Positions 27,131 through 36,805 are shown, counted from the first letter of the stretch. The stretch is 64,000 nucleotides of DNA from an uncultured Acidimicrobiia bacterium (GCA_963801105.1 CAWDDH010000003.1:309135-373134), one strand, 5' to 3'. Numbers and translations are program-made. The notes: generated by a model not told the origin, from the letters alone.

Positions 27131-28069
27131 ATGGTGTGGGTCCCGAGCGCAACCTTCACGATGGGCTCCGACGCGCACTACCCCGAAGAGGCACCGGCGC
27201 ACCGCGTGCTGGTCGACGGATTCTGGATCGACGCGTTCGCGGTCACCAACGCCCGCTTCACGGAGTTCGTCGCCGCGACGGGGTACCGCACGGTCGCCGA
27301 GCGGCCGCTCGACCCGGAACAGTTCCCGGGCGCGCCGGAGGAGAACCTCGTCGCGGGTTCCATGGTGTTCACACCGGCGCCCGGGCCGGTCGACCTTCGA
27401 CACCTCAGCCAGTGGTGGACCTGGGTTCCCGGCGCGAGCTGGCGACGCCCCGAGGGGCCGGCGAGCGACCTCGGTGGACGCGCCGACCATCCCGTGGTCC
27501 ACGTGGCGCACGAGGACGCCGTCGCCTACGCCCGGTGGGTCGGCGCATCGCTCCCGAGGGAGGCCGAGTGGGAGCTGGCCGCGCGCGGCGGTCTCGAGGG
27601 CGCCGAGTTCACCTGGGGCGGCGAGCGCCGGCCGGACGGCCGGACGATGGCGAACACCTGGAGCGGCCCCGACTTCCCGTGGCGCCGGCCGCCGGAGGAC
27701 GGCTGGGCCCGTACCGCGCCCGTCGGATCGTTCCCACCGAACGGATTCGGCTTGTACGACATGGCCGGCAACGTCTGGGAGTGGACCGACGACTGGTACG
27801 CCAGTGCCCATCCCGCCGACGCCGACAAGCCCTGCTGCGTTCCGGAGAACCCGCGGGGCCCCGACGTCGGGCGGAGCTATGACCCGTACCAACCGCAGTT
27901 CCGCATTCCCCGCAAGGTCGTCAAGGGAGGCTCCTACCTCTGCGCCGACACCTACTGCCGGCGCTACCGCCCCGCAGCGCGGCGCCCGCAGATGGTGGAC
28001 TCCGGCATGAGCCACATCGGGTTCCGCTGTGTACGCCGTGGTGCTGCACCGGACGAGGCTTCGCCATGA
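27131..28069 (+). CDS. formylglycine-generating enzyme (FGE/SUMF1 family)
   Basis: MVWVPSATFTMGSD..., HPVVHVAHEDAVAYARWVG, GLYDMAGNVWEWTDDWY, GGSYLCADTYCRRYRPAARR. Directly downstream of the sulfatase gene. The start could instead be the GTG at 27125. Confidence 0.9.
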   Translation: MVWVPSATFTMGSDAHYPEEAPAHRVLVDGFWIDAFAVTNARFTEFVAATGYRTVAERPLDPEQFPGAPEENLVAGSMVFTPAPGPVDLRHLSQWWTWVPGASWRRPEGPASDLGGRADHPVVHVAHEDAVAYARWVGASLPREAEWELAARGGLEGAEFTWGGERRPDGRTMANTWSGPDFPWRRPPEDGWARTAPVGSFPPNGFGLYDMAGNVWEWTDDWYASAHPADADKPCCVPENPRGPDVGRSYDPYQPQFRIPRKVVKGGSYLCADTYCRRYRPAARRPQMVDSGMSHIGFRCVRRGAAPDEASP

Positions 28070-28980
28070 GCGCGTCGGACCGGTTGCCGTCGTGGCGCCG
28101 GGGAGCGACGCGGGACGCGATCATCGCGTTCCTCGACGCGTCGACCGCCCTGCCCCCCGCCCGGCGCGTCGCCGCGTTCGACCACGACGGCACCCTCTGG
28201 TGCGAGAAGCCCAGCTACGTCCAGTTCGACTTCTTCGCGGCCACCCTGCAGGCAGCGGCCGAACGCGAACCGGCACTGCGCGACCGCGTCGAGTACGCCG
28301 CCGTCCTCGACGGGGACATCACCGCTCTGGGCGACCTCGGCCTGGTTCGGGTGGGCTTGGCCCTGGCCGAGCGCTTCGACGGCATGACCCCCGACGAGTT
28401 CACTGCCGCGGTATCGGCGTTCATGGATCACGCGCGGCACCGGACGCTCGACGTCCCGATGCGCCGGACCGTGTACCAGCCGATGCTCGAGCTGCTCGAC
28501 GAGCTCCGGGCGCTCGGCTTCACGATCTTCGTCGTCACCGGCGGGGGCACCGAGTTCGTCCGCGCGATCAGCGAAGGGCTCTACGCCGTCCCGCCCGAAC
28601 GCGTGGTCGGCACGCTGATCGAATACGAGTTCGTCAGGGACGGCGACCGACCGGTCCTGCGACGCACGAGTCGCGTGCTGGGGGACGCCAACGAGGGCCC
28701 GAACAAGGTGGGCAACATCCAGACCCAGCTCGGCCGCCGTCCGATCCTCGCCGCCGGCAACTCCGGGGGCGACCGAGAGATGTTGGAATGGGCGTGCAGC
28801 GGCGGCGCACCCTGTCTGGCGATCCTCATCGACCACGACGACGCGGACCGGGAGTTCGCCTACGTCAGCAAGGCCGAGACCGTCGCCGAACCAGAACCGA
28901 TCACCGAGGTCGGGTCCCGCCTCGGCTGGACGATCGTGAGCATGGCGACCGACTGGTCCACCGTCTTCCCCGGGGTCTGA
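28066..28980 (+). CDS. HAD-superfamily hydrolase (subfamily IB-like)
   Basis: 304 aa. Motif I is AAFDHDGTLW. It has a cap domain and a GNSGGDREM motif IV-like element. A 4-nt overlap couples it to the FGE gene. Confidence 0.75.
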   Translation: MSASDRLPSWRRGATRDAIIAFLDASTALPPARRVAAFDHDGTLWCEKPSYVQFDFFAATLQAAAEREPALRDRVEYAAVLDGDITALGDLGLVRVGLALAERFDGMTPDEFTAAVSAFMDHARHRTLDVPMRRTVYQPMLELLDELRALGFTIFVVTGGGTEFVRAISEGLYAVPPERVVGTLIEYEFVRDGDRPVLRRTSRVLGDANEGPNKVGNIQTQLGRRPILAAGNSGGDREMLEWACSGGAPCLAILIDHDDADREFAYVSKAETVAEPEPITEVGSRLGWTIVSMATDWSTVFPGV

Positions 28981-29007
28981 CCCGACGCGCGCCGGTGCCG
29001 GGGCCGC

Positions 29008-30234
29008 TCACGCGGAGGGTGCCGGCTCGTCGGCCGAACCGCCGGCTGCGAGCATCTGGATGACACCGAGACCGACCACGCCGAGCACGCCGAGGCTCAG
29101 GATCACGAGACCCGTCGGGCGGTCCCAGACGAAGAGCGTCAGGACCAGGACGGCGAACAGGCCGATCCGCAGCCCCATCACGTTGGCGGCGGCCCACCGG
29201 CCGACCGGTCCGATCTCGACCACCTCGCCGATCCCCTCGCCCGCCCGACCCATGAGCCGGTTCCAGCGGGTCCGTACCGCGGTGGCGCCGCGCGACGGTC
29301 CGGCGAGCCACGCCGCCGCCCAGACGACGAGACCCAGCACGAGCAGGGTGCGGAGCCCGCGCTCGACGAACCGGGTCACGGTGTCGAACACCGCGGCGGC
29401 CGCCGCCGTGCTCTGGACCGACGACGGGAGACCGTCGAGGTAGGCGCTCCGCGCGAAGCCGTAGGCCACCAACGAGACGACCATCGCCACGGCGACGCCG
29501 AAGCCGACCCGCATCAGCGCGACCCGGCGACGCGGTCCGACGTACACCGCGGCGGCGTAGAGCAGGAGGGTGATCAGGGGCAGGATCCACGCGAGCTTGT
29601 CGAGCAGGCGCGCGTAGGTCTGGACCGACGCGAGGTCGTCGGAGGCGACCAGAACGAACTTGGCGTTGATCTTCGAGACGTCGATGTTCTCGGGCACGCC
29701 GATGCCCAGATCGCCGAGCTGGGTGGCGACCTTCTGGGCGAGCGGACCGAGGTTCAGCACCACCTTCCCGTCGTCGGTGGTGACCGCACCGCGTGTCCGA
29801 CCGGTCAGCGCCACCACGATCTGATCGTGCGCGTTCTCGTTGGCGAACTCCCAGATCTTCGGGAACGCGTCGGACTCGAGGACCTTGATCGTCGCGTTGT
29901 CCACCAGTTGCTGGGCGCCCGCGGCGATCGGGGCGGCGAGGAACTTGGCGCGCGTGGGGAGCGCGTCCTGCGCCCGTTGCTCTACGTCGAGCACGTCGAC
30001 GACCCTGGCCGCGACCCTCTGGGCAACGGCTTCCCGGATCGCCGGGTCCTTCGAGAGCGGGGCCACCGTGTCCACGTAGCGGGAGGAATCGAGGACGAGG
30101 TTGCGGACCCAGACGGTGATACCGGCGAGCGGCAGGAGCAGCGACCCGATGACGATCAGCGCGATCGACGTGGTCGACCGCCCACGATGCTTCGCGACCT
30201 GCGCCTCGGTGTCGACCCCGGTCTCGACCGTCAT
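29008..30234 (-). CDS. integral membrane protein of unknown function
   Basis: 408 aa. It has an N-terminal TM, a large soluble loop and then 5-6 TM segments. The frame is coding-like. Confidence 0.7.
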   Translation of the reverse strand: MTVETGVDTEAQVAKHRGRSTTSIALIVIGSLLLPLAGITVWVRNLVLDSSRYVDTVAPLSKDPAIREAVAQRVAARVVDVLDVEQRAQDALPTRAKFLAAPIAAGAQQLVDNATIKVLESDAFPKIWEFANENAHDQIVVALTGRTRGAVTTDDGKVVLNLGPLAQKVATQLGDLGIGVPENIDVSKINAKFVLVASDDLASVQTYARLLDKLAWILPLITLLLYAAAVYVGPRRRVALMRVGFGVAVAMVVSLVAYGFARSAYLDGLPSSVQSTAAAAAVFDTVTRFVERGLRTLLVLGLVVWAAAWLAGPSRGATAVRTRWNRLMGRAGEGIGEVVEIGPVGRWAAANVMGLRIGLFAVLVLTLFVWDRPTGLVILSLGVLGVVGLGVIQMLAAGGSADEPAPSA

Positions 30235-30529
30235 GCTGATGCTCCCGGATTCGGTAGGCGCCGCTCACCCGCCGGCGCGCAACTGCTGACTCCGTCCGTC
30301 ACCCACCGCCTGCGGTTCCTACCAGCGAGCACCGGACGGGTCGGCTCGCCGCATCTCCCCTGCGAGGAGACTTCCCATGCTCGCAGACTTCGCGATCGGG
30401 CAGGTGCTTCTGTCGGTTCTCGTGAGCTTCCTGCCCTGCCTCGCTGCGTTCTTGGACCTGGTCGTGCACGATCACCGAGGAGCAAGCATGCCTGCAGGCC
30501 ACCGAAGCCCCCGCACGCGGCGAACCCGC

Positions 30530-31504
30530 TCACGGCTCCGCGTCCTCCGCGTCCGCCTCCGCCGAGGAGAGCTGCTCCTCGAGGTCGAGGGCGTCCGGCA
30601 CCGTGTGGCCGAGCCGCTCCTCGTTGCGGAACCAGAAGGCGGCATTCACCGCCGCCGAGAGCGTGATGATGCGACCGAGGAAATACGCCCACAGCAGGAT
30701 CGCGAGCGACGCGCCGATCGCGCCGTACGTCGCCGACTTCGCCTCGATCTCGTAGGCGAAGTAGTAGACGGTCGCCGTGTGGAGTAACACGGTGCCGACG
30801 CCGACCACACCGGCTCCGGGCAGCAGCGCCCACCAGGGCGTCTCCGCGCGAGGCAGGCGCAACGACACGAACAGCCAGATGGCGAACGGGACGAGCCCGG
30901 TCACGACGATCCCGGCGATCCCGAGCAGCGTCGACCGGGACCGAAGCCACCCGACACCCGCGCCGACGAGGAGCTCCATCGAGACGAGACCGATGAACGC
31001 CGCCGCGACCCGGGACGACCTCGTCAGCTTGGGGATCGGGACCCGCCAGATCAGGCCGTGGGTGATGCGCAGCACCTTGACGGCCGCGCGCGAGGACAGG
31101 AACAGCGCGAACCCGCTGATCACCAACGCCGTGATCCGCTGAGTGGTGCTGAGGTCACCAGCTCCACGCACCGCGCCGGCGATCAGCCCGCCGATGCCGA
31201 CGGCATGAGTGAGCGAGTTCGGGTCACCGTTCGTGACGTCGGAGACGAACCCCACGCCGACCACGAAGAAGAACACGTACGGCACGAGGAACAGGAAGAT
31301 CCGGAACGCGACGGCAGCCGACAGCACGCCACCACCGGTCGCGGTGTCGACCTCGATGGCCCGGAAGACGGTGTCGATCAACGACGAATCCGGTCGGGCA
31401 CCCTCGAACCGCTCGCGGGTCGAGTCGATGCGGTGCTCGATGATCTCGCGTTGGTCCTTGAGCCGGCGGGCGAGCGAACGGGTCTCCGGATCCTCGGCGA
31501 CCAT
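30530..31504 (-). CDS. YihY/BrkB (virulence factor BrkB) family membrane protein
   Basis: 324 aa from MVAEDPETR (ATG at 31504). The six-TM pattern with ...LPGAGVVGVGTVLL...YGAIGASLAILLWAYFLGRIITL.. is typical of the YihY family. The tail is acidic. Confidence 0.8.
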   Translation of the reverse strand: MVAEDPETRSLARRLKDQREIIEHRIDSTRERFEGARPDSSLIDTVFRAIEVDTATGGGVLSAAVAFRIFLFLVPYVFFFVVGVGFVSDVTNGDPNSLTHAVGIGGLIAGAVRGAGDLSTTQRITALVISGFALFLSSRAAVKVLRITHGLIWRVPIPKLTRSSRVAAAFIGLVSMELLVGAGVGWLRSRSTLLGIAGIVVTGLVPFAIWLFVSLRLPRAETPWWALLPGAGVVGVGTVLLHTATVYYFAYEIEAKSATYGAIGASLAILLWAYFLGRIITLSAAVNAAFWFRNEERLGHTVPDALDLEEQLSSAEADAEDAEP

Positions 31505-31533
31505 CTCGTCGCGAGGATCGGCCGGACCCGGGC

Positions 31534-32205
31534 TCACGGGTCCTCGTCCTCTGACGCGGGCGTCGTCGGGCTCGACGGCCTCGCCCGGGCGCGGCCCAGA
31601 TTCCCGACCAGCAGCGCCACGACGCTCACGAGGTACAGCTGGCCGAACAGGGCCTCGGACACGGCCAGCATCTTGCCCAGGCTGTACGCGGGCGTGAGGT
31701 CCCCGTACCCGAGGGTGGTGATCGTCGTGAAGCTGAAGTACACGAAGTCCGTGGCCGCCGCCGTGGCCCGCTGCACGAAGAAGGGGTCCCCGACGACGTC
31801 GATCACCCGGAACACGAGGGCGAAGGAGAGGCCGGCGAGGAGATAGACGCACAGCGACGCCGCGATGGTCTCGAGGTCGATGCGCGCGTGGTGACGGATC
31901 CGGCGGATGATCGCCACGGGTCCTGCGAGCGCGAGGAGTGACCCGATCAGCGCCGGCCCGACCGACTGCTTGTCGACGGCGATCGAGACGACCGTCCCCA
32001 CCGACGCGAACGTGACCACGACGGCCGCGACGCGGAGGGTCCGGGCCGAGACGTGCGAGGCGTAGAGGATCACCAGCAGCGTCACGCTCTGGACGACCAC
32101 GATGATCATCTGACCGATCTGGTGGTCCCCACCGGCGGCGAACGCGATGATCGAGGCCACGATCAGCCCCGCGGCCATGAAGAATCGGTCCTCCAAGCTC
32201 TCCAT
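31534..32205 (-). CDS. potassium channel protein (2TM/ion_trans_2 type)
   Basis: 223 aa from MESLEDRFF (ATG at 32205). It carries the selectivity filter TTLGYGD. Confidence 0.85.
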   Translation of the reverse strand: MESLEDRFFMAAGLIVASIIAFAAGGDHQIGQMIIVVVQSVTLLVILYASHVSARTLRVAAVVVTFASVGTVVSIAVDKQSVGPALIGSLLALAGPVAIIRRIRHHARIDLETIAASLCVYLLAGLSFALVFRVIDVVGDPFFVQRATAAATDFVYFSFTTITTLGYGDLTPAYSLGKMLAVSEALFGQLYLVSVVALLVGNLGRARARPSSPTTPASEDEDP

Positions 32206-32301
32206 CTTCGAAGCTCGGGGCACGGGCACGCCGCGCATCGTATGACAGCGGATCCGGCGACCCGGCGCTTCGCGCTCGGCGACTGCAAGAATCAGCGCTG
32301 C

Positions 32302-33213
32302 ATGGTCGACCTCCCCGCCCGAGCCGTCCGGGTCCGCAGTGTTCCCGCGACCCGAGGGTCCCCCGAAACGTTGGCGGGCGCGGCCGCGAGGGTCTCCGAC
32401 CTGGGCGTCGGCGCACTGTCGGTGACCACGGCTGCGATCGCCGACGTCCTCGACCGGTTCTGGCCGGGGCCGTCGCCGGACCGGGCGCACAGCTCGTTCG
32501 CCCGGCGGGTGGCCCGGGCGGCGACGGGCGCGGCGCTCGTGACCGAACAGCGCCTGCTCGGCGCCGGGGCGGCGGTGGAGGAGCTGACCCAGCGCTCCGT
32601 CGACATCGGCCGTTCGTTGCCTCTCGTGCGCGACGTCCTCGCCGGCGTGGATTCGTCGCTCGACCGGTGGGGCGCCCGAGCCGATGAGGAGACCCAGCGA
32701 AGTGAGGATGCCCTCGCCACGTTCGTCGGTCGGTTGGTCCCCGCGGTCGCCGAGACGATGTTGGCCCGGCTCGACGTCCCCGCGATCGCCCAGCGCCTCC
32801 CGATCGCCGAGATCGTCACCGAGCTCGTCGCCTCGATCGACCTCGACGCGCTGCTCGATCTCGTCGACCTCGATGCGGTGCTCGCGCGGATCGACATCGA
32901 CGCCCTGCTCCTCCGGGTGGACGTCGACGGCATCGTCCGCCGGGTCGACGTCGAGGCGCTGATGCAGCGGGTCGACCTCGACGCGCTGATGCTCCGGATC
33001 GACATGAAGCCGATCATCGACCGAGTGCTCGCCGAGGTCGATGTCGGCGGGATCGTCCGCGAGTCCACGGGCTCGATCACGAGCGACGCGGTCGACGGTG
33101 CCCGGATCAGCGCGATGCGGCTCGACAACTTCGTAGGACGGGTCGCCGATCGCGTGCTGCTCCGCGGGACCACCCCCCGGAATCCGCCGGCCGACGACGA
33201 CGTACCGGCATGA
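32302..33213 (+). CDS. hypothetical protein with tandem acidic (V/I)D(L/V/I)(D/E)A(L/V)(L/M) repeats
   Basis: The frame from ATG 32302 (alternative 32242) contains SIDLDALLDLVDLDAVLARIDIDALLLRVDVDGIVRRVDVEALMQRVDLDALMLRIDMKPIIDRVLAEVDVGGIV. A 4-nt overlap couples it to the RDD gene. Confidence 0.55.
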   Translation: MVDLPARAVRVRSVPATRGSPETLAGAAARVSDLGVGALSVTTAAIADVLDRFWPGPSPDRAHSSFARRVARAATGAALVTEQRLLGAGAAVEELTQRSVDIGRSLPLVRDVLAGVDSSLDRWGARADEETQRSEDALATFVGRLVPAVAETMLARLDVPAIAQRLPIAEIVTELVASIDLDALLDLVDLDAVLARIDIDALLLRVDVDGIVRRVDVEALMQRVDLDALMLRIDMKPIIDRVLAEVDVGGIVRESTGSITSDAVDGARISAMRLDNFVGRVADRVLLRGTTPRNPPADDDVPA

Positions 33214-33698
33214 GCCGGGTCATCCGCGATCCGCGCGCCGAGGCGCTCCAGGGCGGACGGGCCGGCTTCGTCTCGCGCGTCACGGCGGACGCCGTCGACC
33301 TGGTCGTGCTCCAGGTCCTGTTCTTCGGGTGCCTGACCGCGGTGGCGGTCGTGCGGTTCCTGCTGCACGAGGGCGGCGGATTCGAGATCTCGGCACCACA
33401 GACGTGGGTCTCGATCGCCGTCGAATGGGGCCTGCTCGTCATCTACCTCGGCGCGGGCTGGAGCAGTACCGGCCGGACCGTCGGCAAGACCATGCTCGGG
33501 CTCCGGGTCGCAGAGCTCGACGGTTCCACGATGCGACCGGTCCGGGCCTTCGCCCGGGCCGTGCTCTGTGCCAGCTTCTACCCGGGCCTGCTCTGGATCG
33601 TGGTCAGCCGGCGCAACGCGGCGCTCCACGACGTCCTGCTCCGGACCCAGGTCCTCTACGACTGGCGCGCCGCGACCGCGGCGCGCCAGGTCGCGTAG
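33210..33698 (+). CDS. RDD-family membrane protein
   Basis: 162 aa. It has three hydrophobic segments and the family-typical GRTVGKTMLGLRV...LHDVLLRTQV. Confidence 0.8.
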   Translation: MSRVIRDPRAEALQGGRAGFVSRVTADAVDLVVLQVLFFGCLTAVAVVRFLLHEGGGFEISAPQTWVSIAVEWGLLVIYLGAGWSSTGRTVGKTMLGLRVAELDGSTMRPVRAFARAVLCASFYPGLLWIVVSRRNAALHDVLLRTQVLYDWRAATAARQVA

Positions 33699-33729
33699 GG
33701 GCTTCGCGCGCACCGGTCGGACTGAGGCG

Positions 33730-35160
33730 TCACAGGCCCCAGGCGTGCAGCTTGTTGTCGTACGAGCCCACGTAGACCCGGCCGTTGATGACCGTCGGCG
33801 CAGTGAAGACCGGCCGGGTCAGCGTGGTGTCGCTGTTCCAGAGCGGCTGGCCGGTGAGGGCGTCGAACGCGTAGACGCGGTTCGCCCCGCCGGCCGGGTA
33901 GTAGACGACGCCGTTCGCGACGGTCGGCGTCCCCACGACGTAGGACTTCACGCCGGCGAAGGTGTTCCACGCCTTCTCCAGTCGGCACGAGGCGTTGAGC
34001 CGGAAGGCGACCATGCCGTTGACGTAGGCGCCGTCGGGAGTACCCGTCGGATTGGCGAGGTAGAGCATCTGGGTGTCGGGGGACCAGGCCGGGACACCGA
34101 TGAACTCGTCCACCGGGGCCGGGAGGTGCACCGCGTCCTGGCCGATCGACGGCTTGAGGGCCTGGACCGGTCCCGACGCGATCGAGTCGCGGTTGTACAG
34201 GTAGAGCGAGCCGTTCTTCTGCTCGACCGCCAGCTGCGGCGGGCAGCCCGGCTTCTGGAACAGCATGGGCGTGCTGCCGAAGTCGTCGTCGCCGATGAGC
34301 ACACCCGGCGCGTTCGATGCGACGACGTTCAGGTCGCCGGTCAGGCGCACGACCGCGTCGCCGTACGGCGCGTTCTCAGGAGTCGCGAACAGGTTGCCGG
34401 TCGCGACGTAGACGTTGCCGTCGCGCGGATCCACCGATGCTCCGCCCCACCCCCAGATGCCCCCGCCGTCGGGGCCCGTCGCGCTGCCGCCGGTCGCGTA
34501 CCAGGCCTTGGTCGCGCGCGTCGTCGTGTCGATGCGCACGACGCTCCCGTGGTACGGCCTCTGGTCGCAGTAGGAGCCGGTCTCGACGTAGAGATAGTTC
34601 CGGAAAAGGGTCGGAGCGCCGTAGATCGAGTTGTGCACGGGGTCGGTGGTCACCGTGACGGGCCAGCCCGCGTTGGTCGTGCCGGTCGCGGGGTCGAGTG
34701 CGTAGGCCTTGCCGTCGCCGCCCACGACGAGGACCCGGTTGTGGTCGCGGTCCCAGGCCGCGCTCGCCTGGATCCCGTAGACGCTCCCCGGGGTGTCGGG
34801 GCAGTTCGCGACGTGGTTGCCCAGGTTCCTGGACCACAGGATCTGCCCGTCGGTCTTGATCGCGGAGAAGATCCCCTGCTCCGTGCCGACGAAGATCAGG
34901 TCGGTCTTCACGCCGTTGACCGGGATGTCGATCGCGACGATCGGCGCGGCGTTGATGTAACCCCCCAGGTCCGTCGCCCAGAGGTGGCGGAGGCTGCCGA
35001 CGTTCGATGCGCTGATCGCCCGTTCGGTGAGGCTCGCACCCTGGCGCTCGACGTTGCCGCCCCACTGCGACCAGTCGGCGCGACAGGCCCCGAGCGTCAG
35101 CAGCACCAGCGTGACGAGGGCGACGGTCCGCACGCGGCGACGGATCGGGATCATGCGCAA
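33730..35160 (-). CDS. PQQ-like beta-propeller repeat lipoprotein
   Basis: 476 aa. The signal plus lipobox is LLTLGAC. It has repeated blades (GDGKAYALDPATGTTNAGW, NRVYAFDALTGQPLW, NGRVYVGSYDNKLHAW). Confidence 0.8.
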   Translation of the reverse strand: MRMIPIRRRVRTVALVTLVLLTLGACRADWSQWGGNVERQGASLTERAISASNVGSLRHLWATDLGGYINAAPIVAIDIPVNGVKTDLIFVGTEQGIFSAIKTDGQILWSRNLGNHVANCPDTPGSVYGIQASAAWDRDHNRVLVVGGDGKAYALDPATGTTNAGWPVTVTTDPVHNSIYGAPTLFRNYLYVETGSYCDQRPYHGSVVRIDTTTRATKAWYATGGSATGPDGGGIWGWGGASVDPRDGNVYVATGNLFATPENAPYGDAVVRLTGDLNVVASNAPGVLIGDDDFGSTPMLFQKPGCPPQLAVEQKNGSLYLYNRDSIASGPVQALKPSIGQDAVHLPAPVDEFIGVPAWSPDTQMLYLANPTGTPDGAYVNGMVAFRLNASCRLEKAWNTFAGVKSYVVGTPTVANGVVYYPAGGANRVYAFDALTGQPLWNSDTTLTRPVFTAPTVINGRVYVGSYDNKLHAWGL

Positions 35161-35545
35161 GAACCTCTCGGCGATCGGGATGCGAACAGCGACCGGGACC
35201 CGCGACAGGGCCCCCTTCCCATCACAGATCAGGACAGTCTAGGCGCTCTCCGTGGCCGTGCCCACCGCCGCGACCACCCACCGCGGTCACGGTCGGGGTC
35301 ACGCCTCCCCGGGTTCGGGCCGCACGACCCTGCAGCGATCCACGACCACTTCGGGTCGAGACGCCAGGCGGGGGGACGACGCGGTCGATCGCGGGGAACT
35401 GGAACGTGCGCGTCATCGCCACGCCGGCGACGGCCGCGGGGCGTCCTGCACGGACGCGGTGTCCAGATCGACGATGGCGGTGACCATCGGGCGCACGGCA
35501 TCGGGGCCCCGGAGGCGACTGCGACGACCGCCGTACACTCCGACG

Positions 35546-36799
35546 ATGCGCCTCCCGGAGCACGGCATGAGCACCGAGGAGATCGTCGGCGCCCTCACCG
35601 ACAAGCGCCACGCCGACGTCCGCTGGCAGGAGGGACGGACGTTCGGAATGGTCTACGACGCCGGCCCCGAGACCCACGACGTGATCGCCGCGACCGCGCT
35701 GATGTTCCTCCACGACAACGCGCTCAACACCCAGGCGTTCCCGAGCCTCGGCGCGATCCAGTCCGAGGTCGTGGGCGTCACCGCCGACCTCCTCCACGGC
35801 GGTCCGGAGGCAGCGGGGTTCCTCACCTCCGGCGGGACCGAGTCGATCCTCATGGCGGTGCACGCCGCGATCGAGCGCGCCCGGGCCGAGCGGAACGTCG
35901 CCGAGCCCGAGATCGTGCTCCCCGTCAGCGCGCACGCCGCGTTCCACAAGGCCGCGCACTACTTCGGCGCGCGTATTCGCAAGGTCCCCGTCGACACCGA
36001 CTGGCGCGCCGACGTGGATGCCGCCGCCGACGTCGTCGGACCCCACACGGTCCTCGTCGTCGGCTCCGCGCCGCAGTACCCGCAGGGCGTCATCGACCCG
36101 ATTCCGGATCTCGCCGCCCTCGCGCAGTCCGTCGGCGCGAGCTTCCACACCGACGCGTGCATGGGCGGCTTCGTGCTGCCGTTCATGGAGCAGCTCGGCA
36201 TGGAGGTGGCGCCCTGGGACTTCCGCGTGGAGGGTGTCACCACCATCTCGGCCGACGTCCACAAGCTCGGATACGCGCCCAAGGGCGCGTCGGTGATCCT
36301 GCACCGCACCAAGGCGCTCCGGCGCTACCAGACCTTCGTCTTCGAGGACTGGCTCGGCGGCTTCTACGCCTCGCCCAACATGCAGGGCACGCGCGCCGGA
36401 CTGCCGATGGCCACGGCCTGGGCGGTGCTGCACCACCTCGGGCTCGAGGGCTACCGCCGCCTCACCGCGACGACGATCGCGGCGGCCGACCGCATGCGCG
36501 CGGGCGTGCGTGCGATCGACGGCATCACCGTGCTCGGCGACCCGCACGCCCACTTGCTCGCGATCGCGGCCGACGAGTCCTCCGAGCGGGCAGTGGACGC
36601 GTTCGCGCTCGGCGACGCACTCATGCGGCGCGGGTGGTTCCACGACCGCCAGAAGCCACCCGACGCGCTGCACTCCACCGTCAGCGCCGGGAACGCACCC
36701 GTCATCGAGAAGTACCTCGCCGACCTGACTGCGTGCGCGGACGAAGTCGCGGGTTCGAGCACCGACGACCGCAGCACGACCTACTCGACCCTGGAGTAG
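35546..36799 (+). CDS. PLP-dependent group II decarboxylase-fold enzyme (sphingosine-1-phosphate lyase-like)
   Basis: 417 aa from MRLPEHG. It has TSGGTESILMA and the PLP-lysine motif SADVHKLGYAPKG. It is a paralogue of 53925..55319. Confidence 0.85.
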   Translation: MRLPEHGMSTEEIVGALTDKRHADVRWQEGRTFGMVYDAGPETHDVIAATALMFLHDNALNTQAFPSLGAIQSEVVGVTADLLHGGPEAAGFLTSGGTESILMAVHAAIERARAERNVAEPEIVLPVSAHAAFHKAAHYFGARIRKVPVDTDWRADVDAAADVVGPHTVLVVGSAPQYPQGVIDPIPDLAALAQSVGASFHTDACMGGFVLPFMEQLGMEVAPWDFRVEGVTTISADVHKLGYAPKGASVILHRTKALRRYQTFVFEDWLGGFYASPNMQGTRAGLPMATAWAVLHHLGLEGYRRLTATTIAAADRMRAGVRAIDGITVLGDPHAHLLAIAADESSERAVDAFALGDALMRRGWFHDRQKPPDALHSTVSAGNAPVIEKYLADLTACADEVAGSSTDDRSTTYSTLE

Positions 36800-36805
36800 G
36801 GACCG

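Noticed and set aside
32206-32301. Possible c-di-AMP (ydaO/kimA-type) riboswitch upstream of the K+ channel, considered because a DAC-domain gene is in the window.
   Set aside because: The leader is only about 95 nt, and I could not see the conserved paired ACGGGGA/CCCGA-type elements of that riboswitch class.
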